Below the pieces are notes generated by a model. The model did not search any database. It saw only the letters and a program-made list of their open reading frames with translations, and was not told the origin of the DNA. Shown here in pieces: positions 50,609 to 64,000 of a stretch of DNA of 64,000 bases. The position numbers and the translations under genes are program-made. The stretch covers positions 12,209,812 through 12,273,811 of the forward strand of contig NC_092675.1 of NCBI RefSeq assembly GCF_964355755.1, written 5' to 3'. Source of the stretch: Antedon mediterranea (taxonomy: Eukaryota; Animalia; Echinodermata). Positions within the stretch are counted from its first letter, which is position 1, and each line of letters opens with the position of its first letter.

Positions 50609-53600
50609 TAGCAATTATACCCGCCCCAGGGCGGGTTTCAAAATTAGTTTAAAGCCTTCTCAACACCCGACGCCAGTATCTGTCTATACTCACCAACCTC
50701 CACCCTTCTTCAATACCACCCCATACCTTTTTTTAAAAACAAATTCTTCCCAGTGATGGACAAATTCAATTCAACGTAAGCTTCAAATTGAGAGGAGTAT
50801 ACATAGCTATGATGGGTCTAATAATGGTTGAAGTACGTCGTAAATTGTGTAAATGAATAGGTGTCATATTGGCTGATAATTAAAATATCTAATTTAGCTA
50901 CTGCGGGCCCCCAGCCTTCTTTCTCCTCTCACCACCACCCCAGCCACAATCAACAAACCTTAACTCCTCCCCTAGACAGTTCAAATATAGTAACTTTTCC
51001 TAGTAAAATTCCAAGCATATAGGCTACTTCTTACGCCAGTATTTTCGCTCTTCCACCTCCTCCTACAAACACACCCCAGATACACTGGGTGATGTGTTGA
51101 AGACGGTTCCAGTACAAATTATGTTATTATCCCTCCCAACCCATAATCCCTCAGTGGCAGTTTTCAAATTTAATTTTTTTAATTTGTAGTTTAAAACATT
51201 CCAAATACAGTTTCGGTCATGGTGATAGGCCTACATCCCCACCCCAAACTCCCAGCCGCTTCCCAGGATCAATTAAATACTTTAACATTTTCCAAACACA
51301 ATTCTGGTCTAAGCAAAACCCCCACTATCCCCTGAACCACAAATCCCAACCCCACTCTCCCACAATGGACGTTTTTTCCTTGGAGGCATCGTGATGTAGT
51401 TGAACACAGTAACGGTAAACAACGTGTGTATGTTCACACAGGAATGGATGTCTGTAATGAGAAAATCCAAGAGACCGATACATAGCTGGATATGGTTAAA
51501 GTACTTTGCTAAATGTGTAATTGAATAGGTGTCATATTGGTTAATGAATAAAATATGTATATCTATATACGCCTTGCTGAGGATAATTAAAATACTGTAA
51601 AACTTTTGTAGTATAATTTTACAATTCGATAGCCTACAACCCCAAGCCCTAGCAAAAATGACATCACAAACCACCACACCACCTCCTCCCCACCCCTCCC
51701 ACAAAAACCCCAGGGAGTAGGGGGAATTTTTTAAAATGTATTTTAAAACCTTCCGGGTACAATTGCCATCATTTTGATACCCCATACGTATGGTTACGTG
51801 CAGAAACAGAAATTTGTAAAACGAACAAACATCGAAAGTGGGGAGTTTGACCACATTTTGGTCCCTAACATTGATCCTAGATGGCGGATTATGTTGAAAT
51901 ATAGCTTAGAACATTCCCGGTACAATTGCGGTCATTTTGATACCCCATATGTAAGATTACGTGCAGTAACAAAAATTTGTATAACGAACAAACAAACAGA
52001 CAGACAAACTCTCTCACTTATAATATACTAGCAATTATACCCGCCCCAGGGCGGGTTTCAAAATTAGTTTACAGCCTTCTCAGTACATAACACACGACGC
52101 CATGAGTATCTGTCTATACTCGCCAACCTCCACCCCTCTTCAATAACACCCCATACTCTTTCTTAAAAACAAATTCTTCCCAGTGATGGACAAATTCAAT
52201 TCAACCTAAGCTTCGAATTGAGAGGAGTATGCATAGCTACGATGGGTCTAATAATGGTTAAATGGTACGTTGTAAATTGTGTAAATGAATAGGTGTCATA
52301 TTGGCTGATAATTAAAATATGTAATTTAGATACTGCGGTACCCCAGCCTTCTTTCTCCTTTCACCACCCCAGCCACCAACAAACCTTGACTCCTCCCCTG
52401 GACAGTTCAAATTTAGTAACTTTCCTTAGTACAATCCAATCATATAGGCTACTTCATTAAGCTAATATTTTCGCTCCTCCTCCCCCTACTACACTACACC
52501 CCAGTACAAATTATGGTATTATCACTCCCAACCCATAATCCCTCAGTGGCAGTTTTCAAATACAGTTTCGGACATGGTGATAGGCCTACATCCCCACCCC
52601 AACCTCCCATCCGCTTCCCAGGGATGATTAAATACTTTAACATTTTCCAACCACAATTCTGGTGTAAGCAAAATCCCCACTATCCCCTGAACCCAAACCC
52701 TATCTCCCAACCCCACTCTCCCACAATGGGCGTTTTTCCCTTGGAGGATTGGTGGTGTAGTTGAACACAGTAACAGTAAACAACGTTTGTATGTTCACAC
52801 AGGAATGGATGTTTGTACTGAGACAATCCAAGAGACGATACATAGCTGGATATGGTTAAAGTACTTTGCTAAATGTGTAAATGAATAGGTGTCATATTGG
52901 TTAATGAATAAAATATGTATATCTATATACGCCTTGCTGAGGATAATTAAAATACTGTAAAACTTTTGTAGTATAATTTTACAATTCAATAGCCTACAAC
53001 CCCGAGCCCTAGCAAAAAATGACATCACAAAGCACCACACCACCCCCGCCCACCCCTCCCACCCCTCCCACAAAAACCCCAGGAGTCAGGGGAATTTTTT
53101 AAAATGTAGTTTAAAACCTTCCGGGTACAATTGCCATCATTTTAATACCCCATACGTATGGTTACGTGCAGAAACAGACATTTTTATAACGAACAAACAT
53201 CGAAAGTGGGGGGTTTGACCACATTTTGGTCCCTAACTTGGATCCTAGGTGGCGGATGATGTTGAAATATAGCTTAGAACATTTCCGGTACAATTGCGGT
53301 CATTTTGATACCCCATATGTAAGATTATGTGCAGTAACAAAATTTTGTATAACGAACAAACAAACAAACAGACAGACAAACTCTCTCACTTATAATATAG
53401 ACTAGCAATTATACCCGCCCCAGGGCGGGTTTCCAAGTTAGTTTAAAACTGTCTCAATGAAATTCCGATTAATTTGATGGACCTCATAACCCCCTGGACG
53501 CCAGTATCTCCCTATACTCACCAAGTCAATCACACCAAACACTCGGCTGATTTGTTAGAAATAAATTCTTCTAATTCTTAATATCTCCCTATACTCACCA

Positions 53601-55165
53601 ACCTCCACCCCTCTTCAATAAAACCCCACACTCTTTTTCAAAAACAAATTCTTCCCAGTGCAGGACAAATTCAAAATGAGAGAGGTAGGCTCTCTCATAT
53701 CATAGATATGATATTGGCATATCTATGATATGCCAATATTTTAAGTACGTTGTAAACTGTGTAAATGAATAGGTGTCTTATTGGCTGATAATTAAAATAT
53801 CTAATTTTGATAGGCCTACCTTCCCAACCCCAAACTCCCAGCCTCTTCCCAGGGAAAAAATAAAACACTTTTTCCAACCACAATTCTGGTAAATTTGATA
53901 GGCTACTACCCCTAGCCTAAGCAAAATCCCCACTATCCCCTAAACCCCAACTCCCCCTCTCCCACCAAATCCCCAGACTTTTCGAAATGTAGTTTAAAAC
54001 CTTCCCGGTACAATTCTCAGTACATAACACCCAACGCGAGTAGGCCTACTTCCCTATATACTCACTAACCCCCACCCCTCTTCAATAAACCCCACACTCG
54101 TTTAAAAAAAGAATTCTTCCCAGTACAAATTCAATTCAACTTCAAATTGAGAGTGTATACATAGCTACGATAGGCCTATGGTTTAAGTACGTTGTAAACT
54201 GTGTAAATAAATAGGTTTCATATTGGCTGATAATTAAAATATCTAATTTTGATACTGCGGCCCCCTAGCCTTCTTTCTCCTCTCACCATCCAAGCCACAA
54301 TCAACAAACCTTAACTCCTCCCCTGAACAGTTCAAATGTAGTAACTTTTCCTATTACAATTCCAATCATATAGGCTACTTCATTACGCCAGCATTTTCGG
54401 TCCTCCTCCTCACACTTCAAACACACCCACAGTGTTTAAGAAGGTTCCAATAAAAATTATGTTAGCCATCTCCCAACCCATAATCCCTCAGTGGCAGTTT
54501 TCATAAACATTCCCAATACAGTTTCGGTCTTGGTGATAGGCCTACATCCCCACCCCAAACTCCCAGCCCCTTTCCAGGGATAATACCACAATTGCGATCA
54601 TTTTGATACCCCATGGTTACATGCAGAAACAGAAATTTGTAAAACGAACAAACATCGAAAGTGCGCCATTTTGACCATGCATTGTGGCCCCTAACTTGGA
54701 TCCTAGATGGCGGATGATGTTCAAATATAGTAGTTGAACACAGTAACAGTAACAGTAAACGTAACAGTAAACAACATGTGTATGTTCACACAGGTATGGA
54801 TGTCTGTAATGAGACAACCCAAGAGACCGATACATAGCTGGATATGGTTAAAGTACTTTGCTAAATGTGTAAATGAATAGGTGTCATATTGGTTAATGAA
54901 TAAAATATGTAAATCTATATACGCCTTGCTGAGGATAATTAAAATACTGTCAAACTTTTGTAGTATAATTTTACAATTCGATAGCCTACAACCCCGAGCC
55001 GTAGCAAAAAATGACATCACAAACCACCACTCCACCCCCCGCCCCCACCCCTCCCACAAAAACCCCAGGAGTCGGGGGAATTTTTTTAAATGTAGTTTAA
55101 AACCTTCCGGGTACAATTGCCATCATTTTGATACCCCATACGTATGGTTACGTGCAGACACAGAA
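50608..55165 (-). mobile_element. Head-to-tail trimer of a non-autonomous Helitron (~1.4-kb unit)
   Basis: Each unit ends (minus strand) with hairpin ACCCGCCC-TG-GGGCGGGT followed by ATAATTGCTAG, at 50608, 52028 and 53402. 5' start TCTATATTATAAGTGAGAG plus (GTCT/GTTT)n. The third unit is rearranged and 5'-truncated. Confidence 0.88.
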
Positions 55166-55291
55166 ATTATATATATATAAACACAACAGGCATAGAAATA
55201 AATTCCAAACCGCCCGGTGATACACTGAAAATTATTTCATTAATTTTTTGAAACGATAAAGATGAGGAAATCTGGGAGAATGAGAAAAAGT

Positions 55292-55363
55292 CGCCCCAAC
55301 CGAGACTCGAACTCGGACCGTCTGCTTGATATGCAGTTGCCCTAACTATTAGACCACTGGGGC
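55292..55363 (-). tRNA. tRNA-like copy (ATC), variant subfamily
   Basis: 72-nt cloverleaf with intact acceptor and T stems and a T5 terminator. Shares variant bases with the 40152 copy. Confidence 0.5.
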
Positions 55364-55565
55364 TTTCATGGTTTATATATATATATATATATAATTCGAA
55401 ACGATAAAGATGAGGAAATCTGTGAGAATGAGAAAAAGTCGCCCCAACCGAGAGATCAATCTCTGGTGCGCGTGCGTACAACCGAGGGACTAGTGCTGTT
55501 CCGCCGTACCACGCCGAGAATGTTAAAGGGTCGCTATCGAATCGAGTTTGAACAATACCATGAAA

Positions 55566-55637
55566 GCCCCAGTGGTCTAATGGTTAGGACATCTGCATAT
55601 CAAGCAGGCGGTCCGAGTTCGAGTCTCGGTTGGGGCG
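55566..55637 (+). tRNA. tRNA-like copy (ATC), identical to 38875-38946
   Basis: Same 72-nt cloverleaf followed by ACTTTTT. Confidence 0.6.
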
Positions 55638-55744
55638 ACTTTTTCTCATTCTCACAGATTTCCTCATCTTTATCGTTTCAAATTAATTAATTAAATTTCA
55701 GTATATCACCGGGCGGTTTCGAATTAATGTTCATTGCCTAATGT

Positions 55745-55804
<60 letters not shown>

Positions 55805-58334
55805 TTGATTCTTACGTAATAATGTAGCAAACATAAATTACTCCGACTGCACAGGTGGTCAGATAAGTTCACGTGTATGGCCTATTTTCTGACGCTGATA
55901 AGATAACATATTACACAATTCAATCAGTCTTATTACAATTTCATTTATGCATCTTAGCAAATGTTTGATTAAACTAAACACAAATCATTACATTTTTGTT
56001 TAAAACAGATTATATAAAGGCAAACAATACAGTAATCATACTGTAGGCCAACTCAGGTTATCACGCTGCTAATAACTAAGTATTTTATCAAATTGATGGA
56101 AAATAAATATGTAGCTTTGGATGTGACCTTTCCGCGAAACACATATGTAAACAAACAACTGATGTTAAGATGTTTCAATTAAAAGTGTATCACCCTTGTT
56201 GAACAGTTTAATATACCCAGTAGGCTTATAAATACATGCAGTTCAAACCAACAATATATTTGATATAATTTAACTCATAGGCCATCATATATACAGATAA
56301 AAAAAACAAATATAGCAAAGCACAACAAATAAGACTAGATTTTAACTCGTCACTTTGGTGAGTTCGGCTTATCCGCGGAAATGCAACATGCGCATACGTT
56401 AAACTATATGAACGTCGACAATTATTATGCCATCCTATGACGTCAATTAAATATTTTTACTTTGCTGAAGTGTACCTATTTTGTATCATACAGTATATTA
56501 CAGTATTATTTACAGAATACACTGTATATGACATATACAGTGTAGCATAGATGAGATTACGAGACCCATCTTTTAAATCCAATTATTAACACGATGACGA
56601 ACATCAAATTGACATAAAGATAACTATTTTAAAAGATAATTATCTAAATAATTACCTTAATGAAAATGTGAAGAATGTTGGGCACGTAGATGTTAGATGC
56701 GCTCTTTTTTAAACACGATGAGTTTTTTTTACGAAAGAAATGAAAATCAGACTTGTTTAATTCAACTGGCCATATGATGACGTCATGACATCAGATAGAC
56801 AACATTTGTATATGAATTCATATCTACAATTCAACAACTTCCATAATAACTTTTAATCACGTGTGTCACTTTTCATTCCAATGAGATATGACAGATTAAA
56901 ATATATGAAATTTTAAGTAACTCAAGTTATTCTATTTTTTTTATATGATGACGTAATAAAAATAAAAAATGTTTAACTCATGTGAAAGAAAATTGATTTA
57001 GTAAGAATATATTAAAATCTAGGAGAAAATGGGGAACGCATTAGCGCGATGCGCTCTATTAAATGGGATTAACTAGTACAAAAGAGAAAAAAAATCAATT
57101 TTTTAAATTCGAGTGGCGTGACGTAAGAACATCCTGTAGGTACAAATTGTACAGGAATTGATATCTACTCATTAGCTTCCATAATACAAAAAATTGGGGT
57201 AACCGGCCATCCTGAGGAGCTATAACTGATTAAAAATAGGTATTTTTTGTGCACAAATTAGCATTAAATTACCTATTTTTTAGCACACGATTATGAAAGT
57301 TTAACGTGCACGTGCGTCGTTATTTCGACAAAAGAGACAAATTCCTATATTTTACATTCGTGTGGCCATACGATGACGTCACAACATCCGAGAGGTAAAG
57401 ATTCTACATGAATTCATATGTACAACATATCTGTTTACAAATTGGGAGTCGCCGTTGTTCTTGAGGAGCTATAATAGATTAAAAATTTTGACAATATTTT
57501 GTAACTTTTTCAACTAAAACGAACGCAAAATGATCTAAATCAACGTGTTCGTATGACGTCATTTGAATTTGAATTCAATTCAATTACAGCTCACTATGTT
57601 TTTAAAAATGACTAGGAAATGCTGGAAAATCACAATATTCAAGAGAAAAAACATGATTTTGATGTACGCGTAAAATTGTTCGTGCGCACGGGAATTTTTG
57701 ACATGCGCTAAATGCGCGTAGAAATTAATTTTGCGTATTTTGAAATGTTAAATGCGCATGTGCTCTTTTAAATGTGATGAACTATGATGCAAAAGATGAA
57801 AATCCGTTTTTTTTATTCAACTGGACATAATTATGATGACGTCAACACATCTGATTGGCAAAATGTTCACATGAATTCGTATCTACAATCCGATAGAAAA
57901 CGTTTTAATCATGATTATCGCTTTCTGACGAGCTATCACAGATAGAAATTTACTGTAAAGATGAAAATAAGTGACCCACGTTATTTACATTTTTAGACAT
58001 GATGACGCCATAAAATATTTTTAACTCATGCGAAAGATAGTTGATTGACCCAGACAATATCAAAACCGGGGTGAAAACAAATAAGTGGAAATGCGTTCTA
58101 TTAAATGTGATGAAAAATTCCTATATTTTATATTCGGGTGGCCATACTATGATGTCAAAATATCCGGTTAGCCATATTAATGCATGATCCGATATCTACA
58201 ACTCATCAATTTCCAGAATATGTTATACAAATAACTTTCACTTTTAGTTTAGAAACTACGACTGTTCGTTTGACGAATTTTTGAACTTTTTTATCAAAAA
58301 CGCGCGCGAATTGTCGAACTCAACGTGTTCGTAA

Positions 58335-60947
58335 GGCCGGTGCACACCGAACGCGAAGCCGCGAAGCGTCATGCGTCACGCGTCATTCGACGGATCGCTT
58401 TGAAAGTTAATTGTCATGCGTCTATTAGTTTTTCTTGTCGGTTCCCACTAAACGCATCACGATGTGTTGATTCGTCGCGATTGCTAGGCATAGGAGATAG
58501 TGGGTTGGCCAATAATACAATGCTACATTTAAAATAATCAGAGAAGATGACTCTGAAGTATTTCCTATGTAAGTTTAACCAGAGAAGAGTTAAATTAAAA
58601 TGTAATTTAACTCTTCCCTGGTTACACCAATCACAGTGTTTGGTTTTGGTGGGAAAATGTTATCCTTTTCCAAAGCCTGAAATGTGCATGACTGTATGTA
58701 TATATCACAAGGACAGAAGAAGATGTATCCAATATCAATACAGTTACAAGAATTAAAGCATTTATTGCATGTCGATTACACGTACATGTGATCTGCTGAC
58801 TGTATTTATTAGTGGTGTTACAAATATCTTTCAACAGAGGTTATTATAATCATATAAAACATTTCATATAAACACGAACTGGGAATCTTCATGGGTTTGT
58901 CACTTTCAAATATAAACTATAGGAGGCCTATATATTAATGTAAATTTTTCACATTCATTTTCTAATTATTATTAAATATTATATTATTCATGACAAAACA
59001 TACAGTTTTTATCTCATTTGATTAAATGTAATAAATATCCCAAACTCATATTTACACTGTATATTATCTTATGACATTTTTTCAAATAAATACACTTATT
59101 TAAATAGTGAATCATTGTTTTTAAAGGTATCATTAAATAATTAATCATTACACTGTATATTATCTTATGACTTTTTCACATAAATACACTTAATGAAATA
59201 GTGAATAATTGTTTTTAAAGGTATCATTAAATATCAACCAGATTTTCTTTTTTCCTACTCCTGAATACTTTCGCAAAATAATATCAAAATAATAAATTTA
59301 AAATGTATCATCCCAAAAAAAAATGAAAATATTATTATTGTTAAAAGTGAATAACTAACCCTAAAGTGTTATACTGTATTACACACAACGAAAATGTTTT
59401 AAATTATATTTTCAGGAAGACAATATATCTTGTCAAAAAAATGACACTAAACTTAAAGATGTATTGTCCCATAGAATCATGAAAAATGAAGATGATTAAA
59501 ATCAAATTTGAATAGGCCATTTTGTAGTTTTAACAAAGTTAATCACTTACATAGAAAAAAAAAACCCAAAAAACTTATGTTTTCCATTAGCTGGCAGCCA
59601 ATTTGACTATTTTTTTTAGTATTGGAGTATAACAAAACATATACACATATTTCCATGTGTTCTCTATTGCTAAAAAAAGACATTCAGTTCAGCTTTCCTT
59701 CTATAACCACTTTATAAATACTAGTTACAGTCCAACTCCTCCTTAATCTCTTCCATTTTCTATCTAAAAAAAAATGAAACAAGTATTAAAAAAATTGCTA
59801 TAGCAAGGCATATTGCTCAAATCATTTTTTCTGGCCAATGTATGTCACCAACTGACATACCCATTTGAAAAAAGTCTATACAAACCTGTATCAGCCTCAT
59901 AATTGCCAGTCCACGTTTTTGAGGAGCAATTGCTCTTAATTCCATGGCAATAATATACTGGCCGCTTAAACTACTAGCTTGGTCATTGGTGGAGTTTGTA
60001 ACGCTGGTAATAGCCTGAAGGATCCCATTTATCAATGTTCATCTAATTGACCTAAAAGAAACAAAAACAACAGTATTTATGTATTAATATTACTACTAGG
60101 CCTATCCTAGCCTTACAACACTAAATCAACTAAATATTAGGCCTATAAATATTAATTAATAATAATACGTAGGCTAGGCCTAGACCTAGCCTAGCCTCTC
60201 TCTAGGCCTAGCTAGTAGTAGTAGGCCTAGCCTAGGCCTAGTACTGTACTCATATTTAGTAGTAGGCTTAACCTAGGCTACCTAGCTAGGCCTGGCCTAG
60301 CACATAGTAGACTAGTAGGGATTAGTAAGTATTATGTAGGCCTATAAGTACTACTTGGCATGGCCTAGCCTACTAGGGTATATGTAGCCTAGGCTAGGTA
60401 GGCCTAGCTAGGCCCCAGTATGGCCTAAACCTAGGTAGGCCTATTTAGGCTAGAAATAGAAGGCTTGCCAACTCACTTTACAAATTGATCTCTGACGCGT
60501 TTTAGGCCTAGTTTTTCTGGCATTCTTCTACACAGATGTTTGTCTGAAATTATTGTCTTCATGCATTAATCCTTATGTTTCTGTCTGTGTATGACTTACT
60601 TCCCTTATCGTAAAGACAAGAAGGGTAAGTATTTCCATAAAGACCTCGCTCGTCAGCAGCCACCATTTTTTTTCCGTCGGTGTCGTCGATCATGAGAGAT
60701 ATTCCTGACTTCTGATTGGTTGACGAACGCGAACCGCGCTCGCGACGCCTCAAAAAGTTGACCAAGGTTCAACTTTCGAAAATTCGCGTGTGAAGCCTTC
60801 GCTGCTGTCGTTTTCAACGCGTTGAAGTTGAAATTCGACTATCGTACACTGTTCGCTTGTATGTTCACACTGGAAACGTCCGTCGCCTGCCGCGTGCGTC
60901 ACTTTTTAACGCGAAATTCGCTGCTTCGCGTTCGGTGTGCACCGGCC
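58335..60947 (-). mobile_element. PIF/Harbinger element retaining a degenerate, intron-containing MADF/BESS-like gene
   Basis: 25-bp perfect TIR GGCCGGTGCACACCGAACGCGAAGC with TAA/TTA flanks. YPSCLYDKGSKSYTDRNIRINA* (MADF-like, about 60560-60640); donor gtgagt at about 60476; acceptor tttag at about 60052; GQYIIAMELRAIAPQKRGLAIMRLIQV (BESS-like). Confidence 0.78.
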
Positions 60948-61098
60948 TTAAGGCTTTATTTTAAAGTTGAAAAAGGCTTGAAAAATATATTTCAAGGGAA
61001 AAAAACATATGTTTTATACTACGTGCGCACCTTACGCGTAACAAATTTGTTTCTATTTTGTGTCATAATATAGTATATACAGTATACACAGTATAATC

Positions 61099-62239
61099 TA
61101 CGGAAGCCCGTTCGGACCTCAAGATAACTATATTTTAAAAGCTGTTATCTGGCGGCCGCCACTTAATTATCTAGCGGCCGCCACTTAATTATCTGGCGGC
61201 CGCCACTTAATTATCTGGCGGACGCCACTTAATTATCTGGCGGCCGCCACTTAATTATCTGGCGGCCGCCACTTAATAATTAGTACATGTCCCGTCACGT
61301 GACATGTACGTGCATTGGGATCAGAGGCGATGTTGCATATGGAACGACATCGCTGCCTCCGGCAGCAAACTTTAATTCTATTCGGCTCTTTTACCATTCG
61401 GCGCATTTCTATTCGGCTCATTTACCATTACGTTCGGCTCTTTCAGCATTCGGCTCTTTTTTATTCGCCTCATTTACCATTACGTTTGGCTCTTTTTGAT
61501 TTTTTTATACGGCGCAATTAAATTCTAACCTTTTACATGGGGTCAAATGGAAGAAAATCAACGGCTGGAAATGAGTCTATGAAAAGTTTACAAAACATAT
61601 AGATGCAGCATGTAGAGTGTTTGGTTGGCTGAATTAAATGAATTTGAAGGCTGTTTCAATATGACTAATCATTTTATTGACATGATTAATGTGTTAGAGA
61701 ACTTGCAATTGTCCCACCTTATTGACTATTTTGAAAGAGAAAAGGTTTGATTTATGGCCTAGGGTAGCTAGACCTATAGTCTAGTGTCAGCCTAACTTTT
61801 AACAATAATAATTTACCCTTTCTCTCTCAAAATTTGTAAAAAGATGAATTAATTTTAGGTTATTCAACACATCTTTAATCGTAAATATGGTAAATGGGCC
61901 GAATAGAAATGCGCCGAATGCTAAAAGAGCCGAACGTAATGGTTGTAAAAGAGCCGAATAGAATTAAAGTTTGCTGCCGGAGGCAGCGATGTCGTTCCAT
62001 ATACAACATCGCCTCTGATCCAATGCACGTACATGTCACGTGACGGGACATATACTAATTATTAAGTGGCGGCCGCCAGATAATTAAGTGGCGGCCGCCA
62101 GATAATTAAGTGGCGGCCGCCAGATAATTAAGTGGCGGCCGCCAGATAATTAAGTGGCGGCCGCCAGATAATTAAGTGGCGGCCGCCAGATAACAGCTTT
62201 TAAAATATAGTTATCTTGTGGCCCGAACGGGCTTCCGTA
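61099..62239. mobile_element. Foldback DNA element with 6-bp TSD and 22-bp tandem repeats in both arms (unclassified)
   Basis: Termini TACGGAAGCCCGTTCGG and CCGAACGGGCTTCCGTA; TSD ATAATC (61093-61098, 62240-62245). Six TTATCTGGCGGCCGCCACTTAA units per arm; arms are about 300-350 bp. Confidence 0.9.
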
Positions 62240-64000
62240 ATAATCTGTATACATATTACATACAGTGGAGATTAGGTGAAATTACGGGACCCGCCATTTA
62301 TTCAAATTTTTAACATGGTGACGGTATGAAAATAAATCACGAAGATAGCAATTTCGGAAGGAAATTATCTCAGCAACAACATATTAACGTGTAGAAGAAA
62401 TTTGAATACGTAAAATATAGATGCGCACTCTTTTAAATGTGATGAACTATGACGCAAAAGGTGAAAATAATTGTTGTTCCAACTGGCCATATGATGACGT
62501 CACATCATCTGATTGGCAAAATATTCATATGAATTCGTATCTAAAATCCAATAGCTTCCAGAAAACGTTTTAATCATGATTATCACATTTTATTCTGACG
62601 AGCTATAATAGATTGAAATTAACTGTAAAGATGACAATAAGTGACCCACGCTATTTAAATTTTTAGACACGATGACGTCATAAAAATTAAAATGTTTAAC
62701 TCATGCGAAAGATAGTTGATTAACCTAGACAATATTAGAATCTCGTGGGAAATGGAATACGGATAAGCGTGATGCGCTCTATTGAATGTGATGAGCAATA
62801 ACGAAAGAGACAAAAATCCTATATTTTATATTCGAGTGACCATACGATGACGTCACAATGTCCGGTTAGCCATATTGTTGCATGATCCGATATCTAATAT
62901 TCATCAACTTCCAGAATATGTAATAAAAATGAACTTCACCTTTAGAAACTATGACTGTAAATATTTTTGATGAATTTTTGAACTTTTTCATCAAAAACGC
63001 GCGCGAATTGTCCAATTCGACGTGCTCGTATGACGTGATTTTAAGTCTTAATTGTTTAGAAGTTGGAAAAATTACTAGAAAAGGCAGGAAAAACATAATT
63101 CACGCGAAAAAGATGTTTTTAACGTTCCTTGCCACCGCGCGCGTAAAAAATGCTCGTCCGTGGAAATTGTTACATGCTTAAAATGATATGAAACGCATAG
63201 AAAGTTCATTATAAATTGATTTTTCGCATTTTTTTATTTTGAAAAGCGCGTGTGCGCGTAACTTTAATTGAAACATGCCATTCTTTTTCCACATAAAGTT
63301 AGTGCAAGATTTAAATTACACTTTGCATGCATGCTAAGTTTCAATTTGAATTGTTATATGGTTTTCGATCTATGCTAAATTCGATAAATTCATAAAATCG
63401 CGCGTAAGTCATGTTGCGCGCGCAACTCTGACGTCATTCAAAAATGGGAGGTGCACAACTTCACGTAAATGCCCATATGTTGACAAAGTTATAATATGTT
63501 ATGTTTACACGTTTTAGAGATACGCGAGACACAAAATTGAAAAGAAAGAATAATACAGAAAAAAGATGATTTCATGCAATAACAAGGAGGAGTTATCCGC
63601 TGAGTGCGGATAACTAATAACATATAAAAAAAATCAAGACAATAACAAGGAGTTATCCGCTTAGTAGCCGATAACTCCTTGTTATTATTGTCTACTAAGC
63701 GGATAACTAACTAATAATACAGAAAAAAAAAAGATTATCCCGTACAATAACAAGGATATACTAGATTTGAACTCGTCACTTTGACGAGTTAGTTATCCAC
63801 ACGACAAATGCCACGTGCATGCCATACGTTGGAATTTTACACACAAAAATAGGTTATGGCATTTTGACCTGAAGAATATGTTGCTATTGCTGAATTCTGT
63901 CTATTCTCTATCAAATAGTATATAAAGTATACAGTACATATTGTATACATATTACATACAGTGTAGCATAGGTGAAATTACGGGACACGCCTTTTATTCA

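Larger units (their letters stand above)
56335..64000 (-). mobile_element. Second array of the Helentron-like family, minus strand, running off the window
   Basis: 3' ends (CTAG plus ACTCGTCACTTTG hairpin) at 56335 and 63761. Stacked 5' hairpins at 63590-63715. Several deleted bodies lie between. Confidence 0.8.

Noticed and set aside
51309-55180. Three similar ORFs (CKIILQKFYSILIILSKAY...)
   Set aside because: They come from the Helitron tandem units, have inconsistent starts and frames, and show no recognisable domain.
59030-59235. ~105-bp direct duplication
   Set aside because: Ordinary local tandem duplication within a Harbinger remnant, with no further structure.

Overview
AT-rich, repeat-dense eukaryotic (animal) genomic DNA. 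A Deu/Nin-domain SINE, spliceosomal introns and the transposon families suggest an invertebrate deuterostome, possibly an echinoderm (inference only). Two host genes lie head-to-head about 37 kb apart. One is the 5' end of ASNSD1 (minus strand; coding exons 5353-5406 and 3020-3220). The other is exon 1 of an activin/myostatin-subfamily TGF-beta ligand (plus strand, 42795-43398), whose first intron appears to fill the rest of the window. Most of the remaining sequence is transposable elements. A Mutator-type MITE contains a complete Mag-type Ty3/Gypsy LTR element, which in turn contains a LINE tail, two TIR elements and a Helentron-like array that itself holds another TIR element. Other elements include a Neptune-type Penelope retroelement with hammerhead ribozymes interrupted by an L2-group LINE, a Helitron concatemer, Harbinger remnants with Myb/MADF domains, Kolobok and MULE MITEs, and an RTE LINE fragment. 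The most unusual signals are: (1) a dispersed ~300-bp (TA)n-embedded module carrying an internal complete tRNA-like cloverleaf (anticodon ATC) with a Pol III terminator, interleaved with hammerhead-bearing Penelope termini; (2) a Helentron-like family whose stacked 5' hairpins and bodies pair in reverse order, suggesting self-targeted nested insertion; (3) ASNSD1/myostatin-like linkage echoing vertebrate 2q32. All calls are by eye; no database searches were run.
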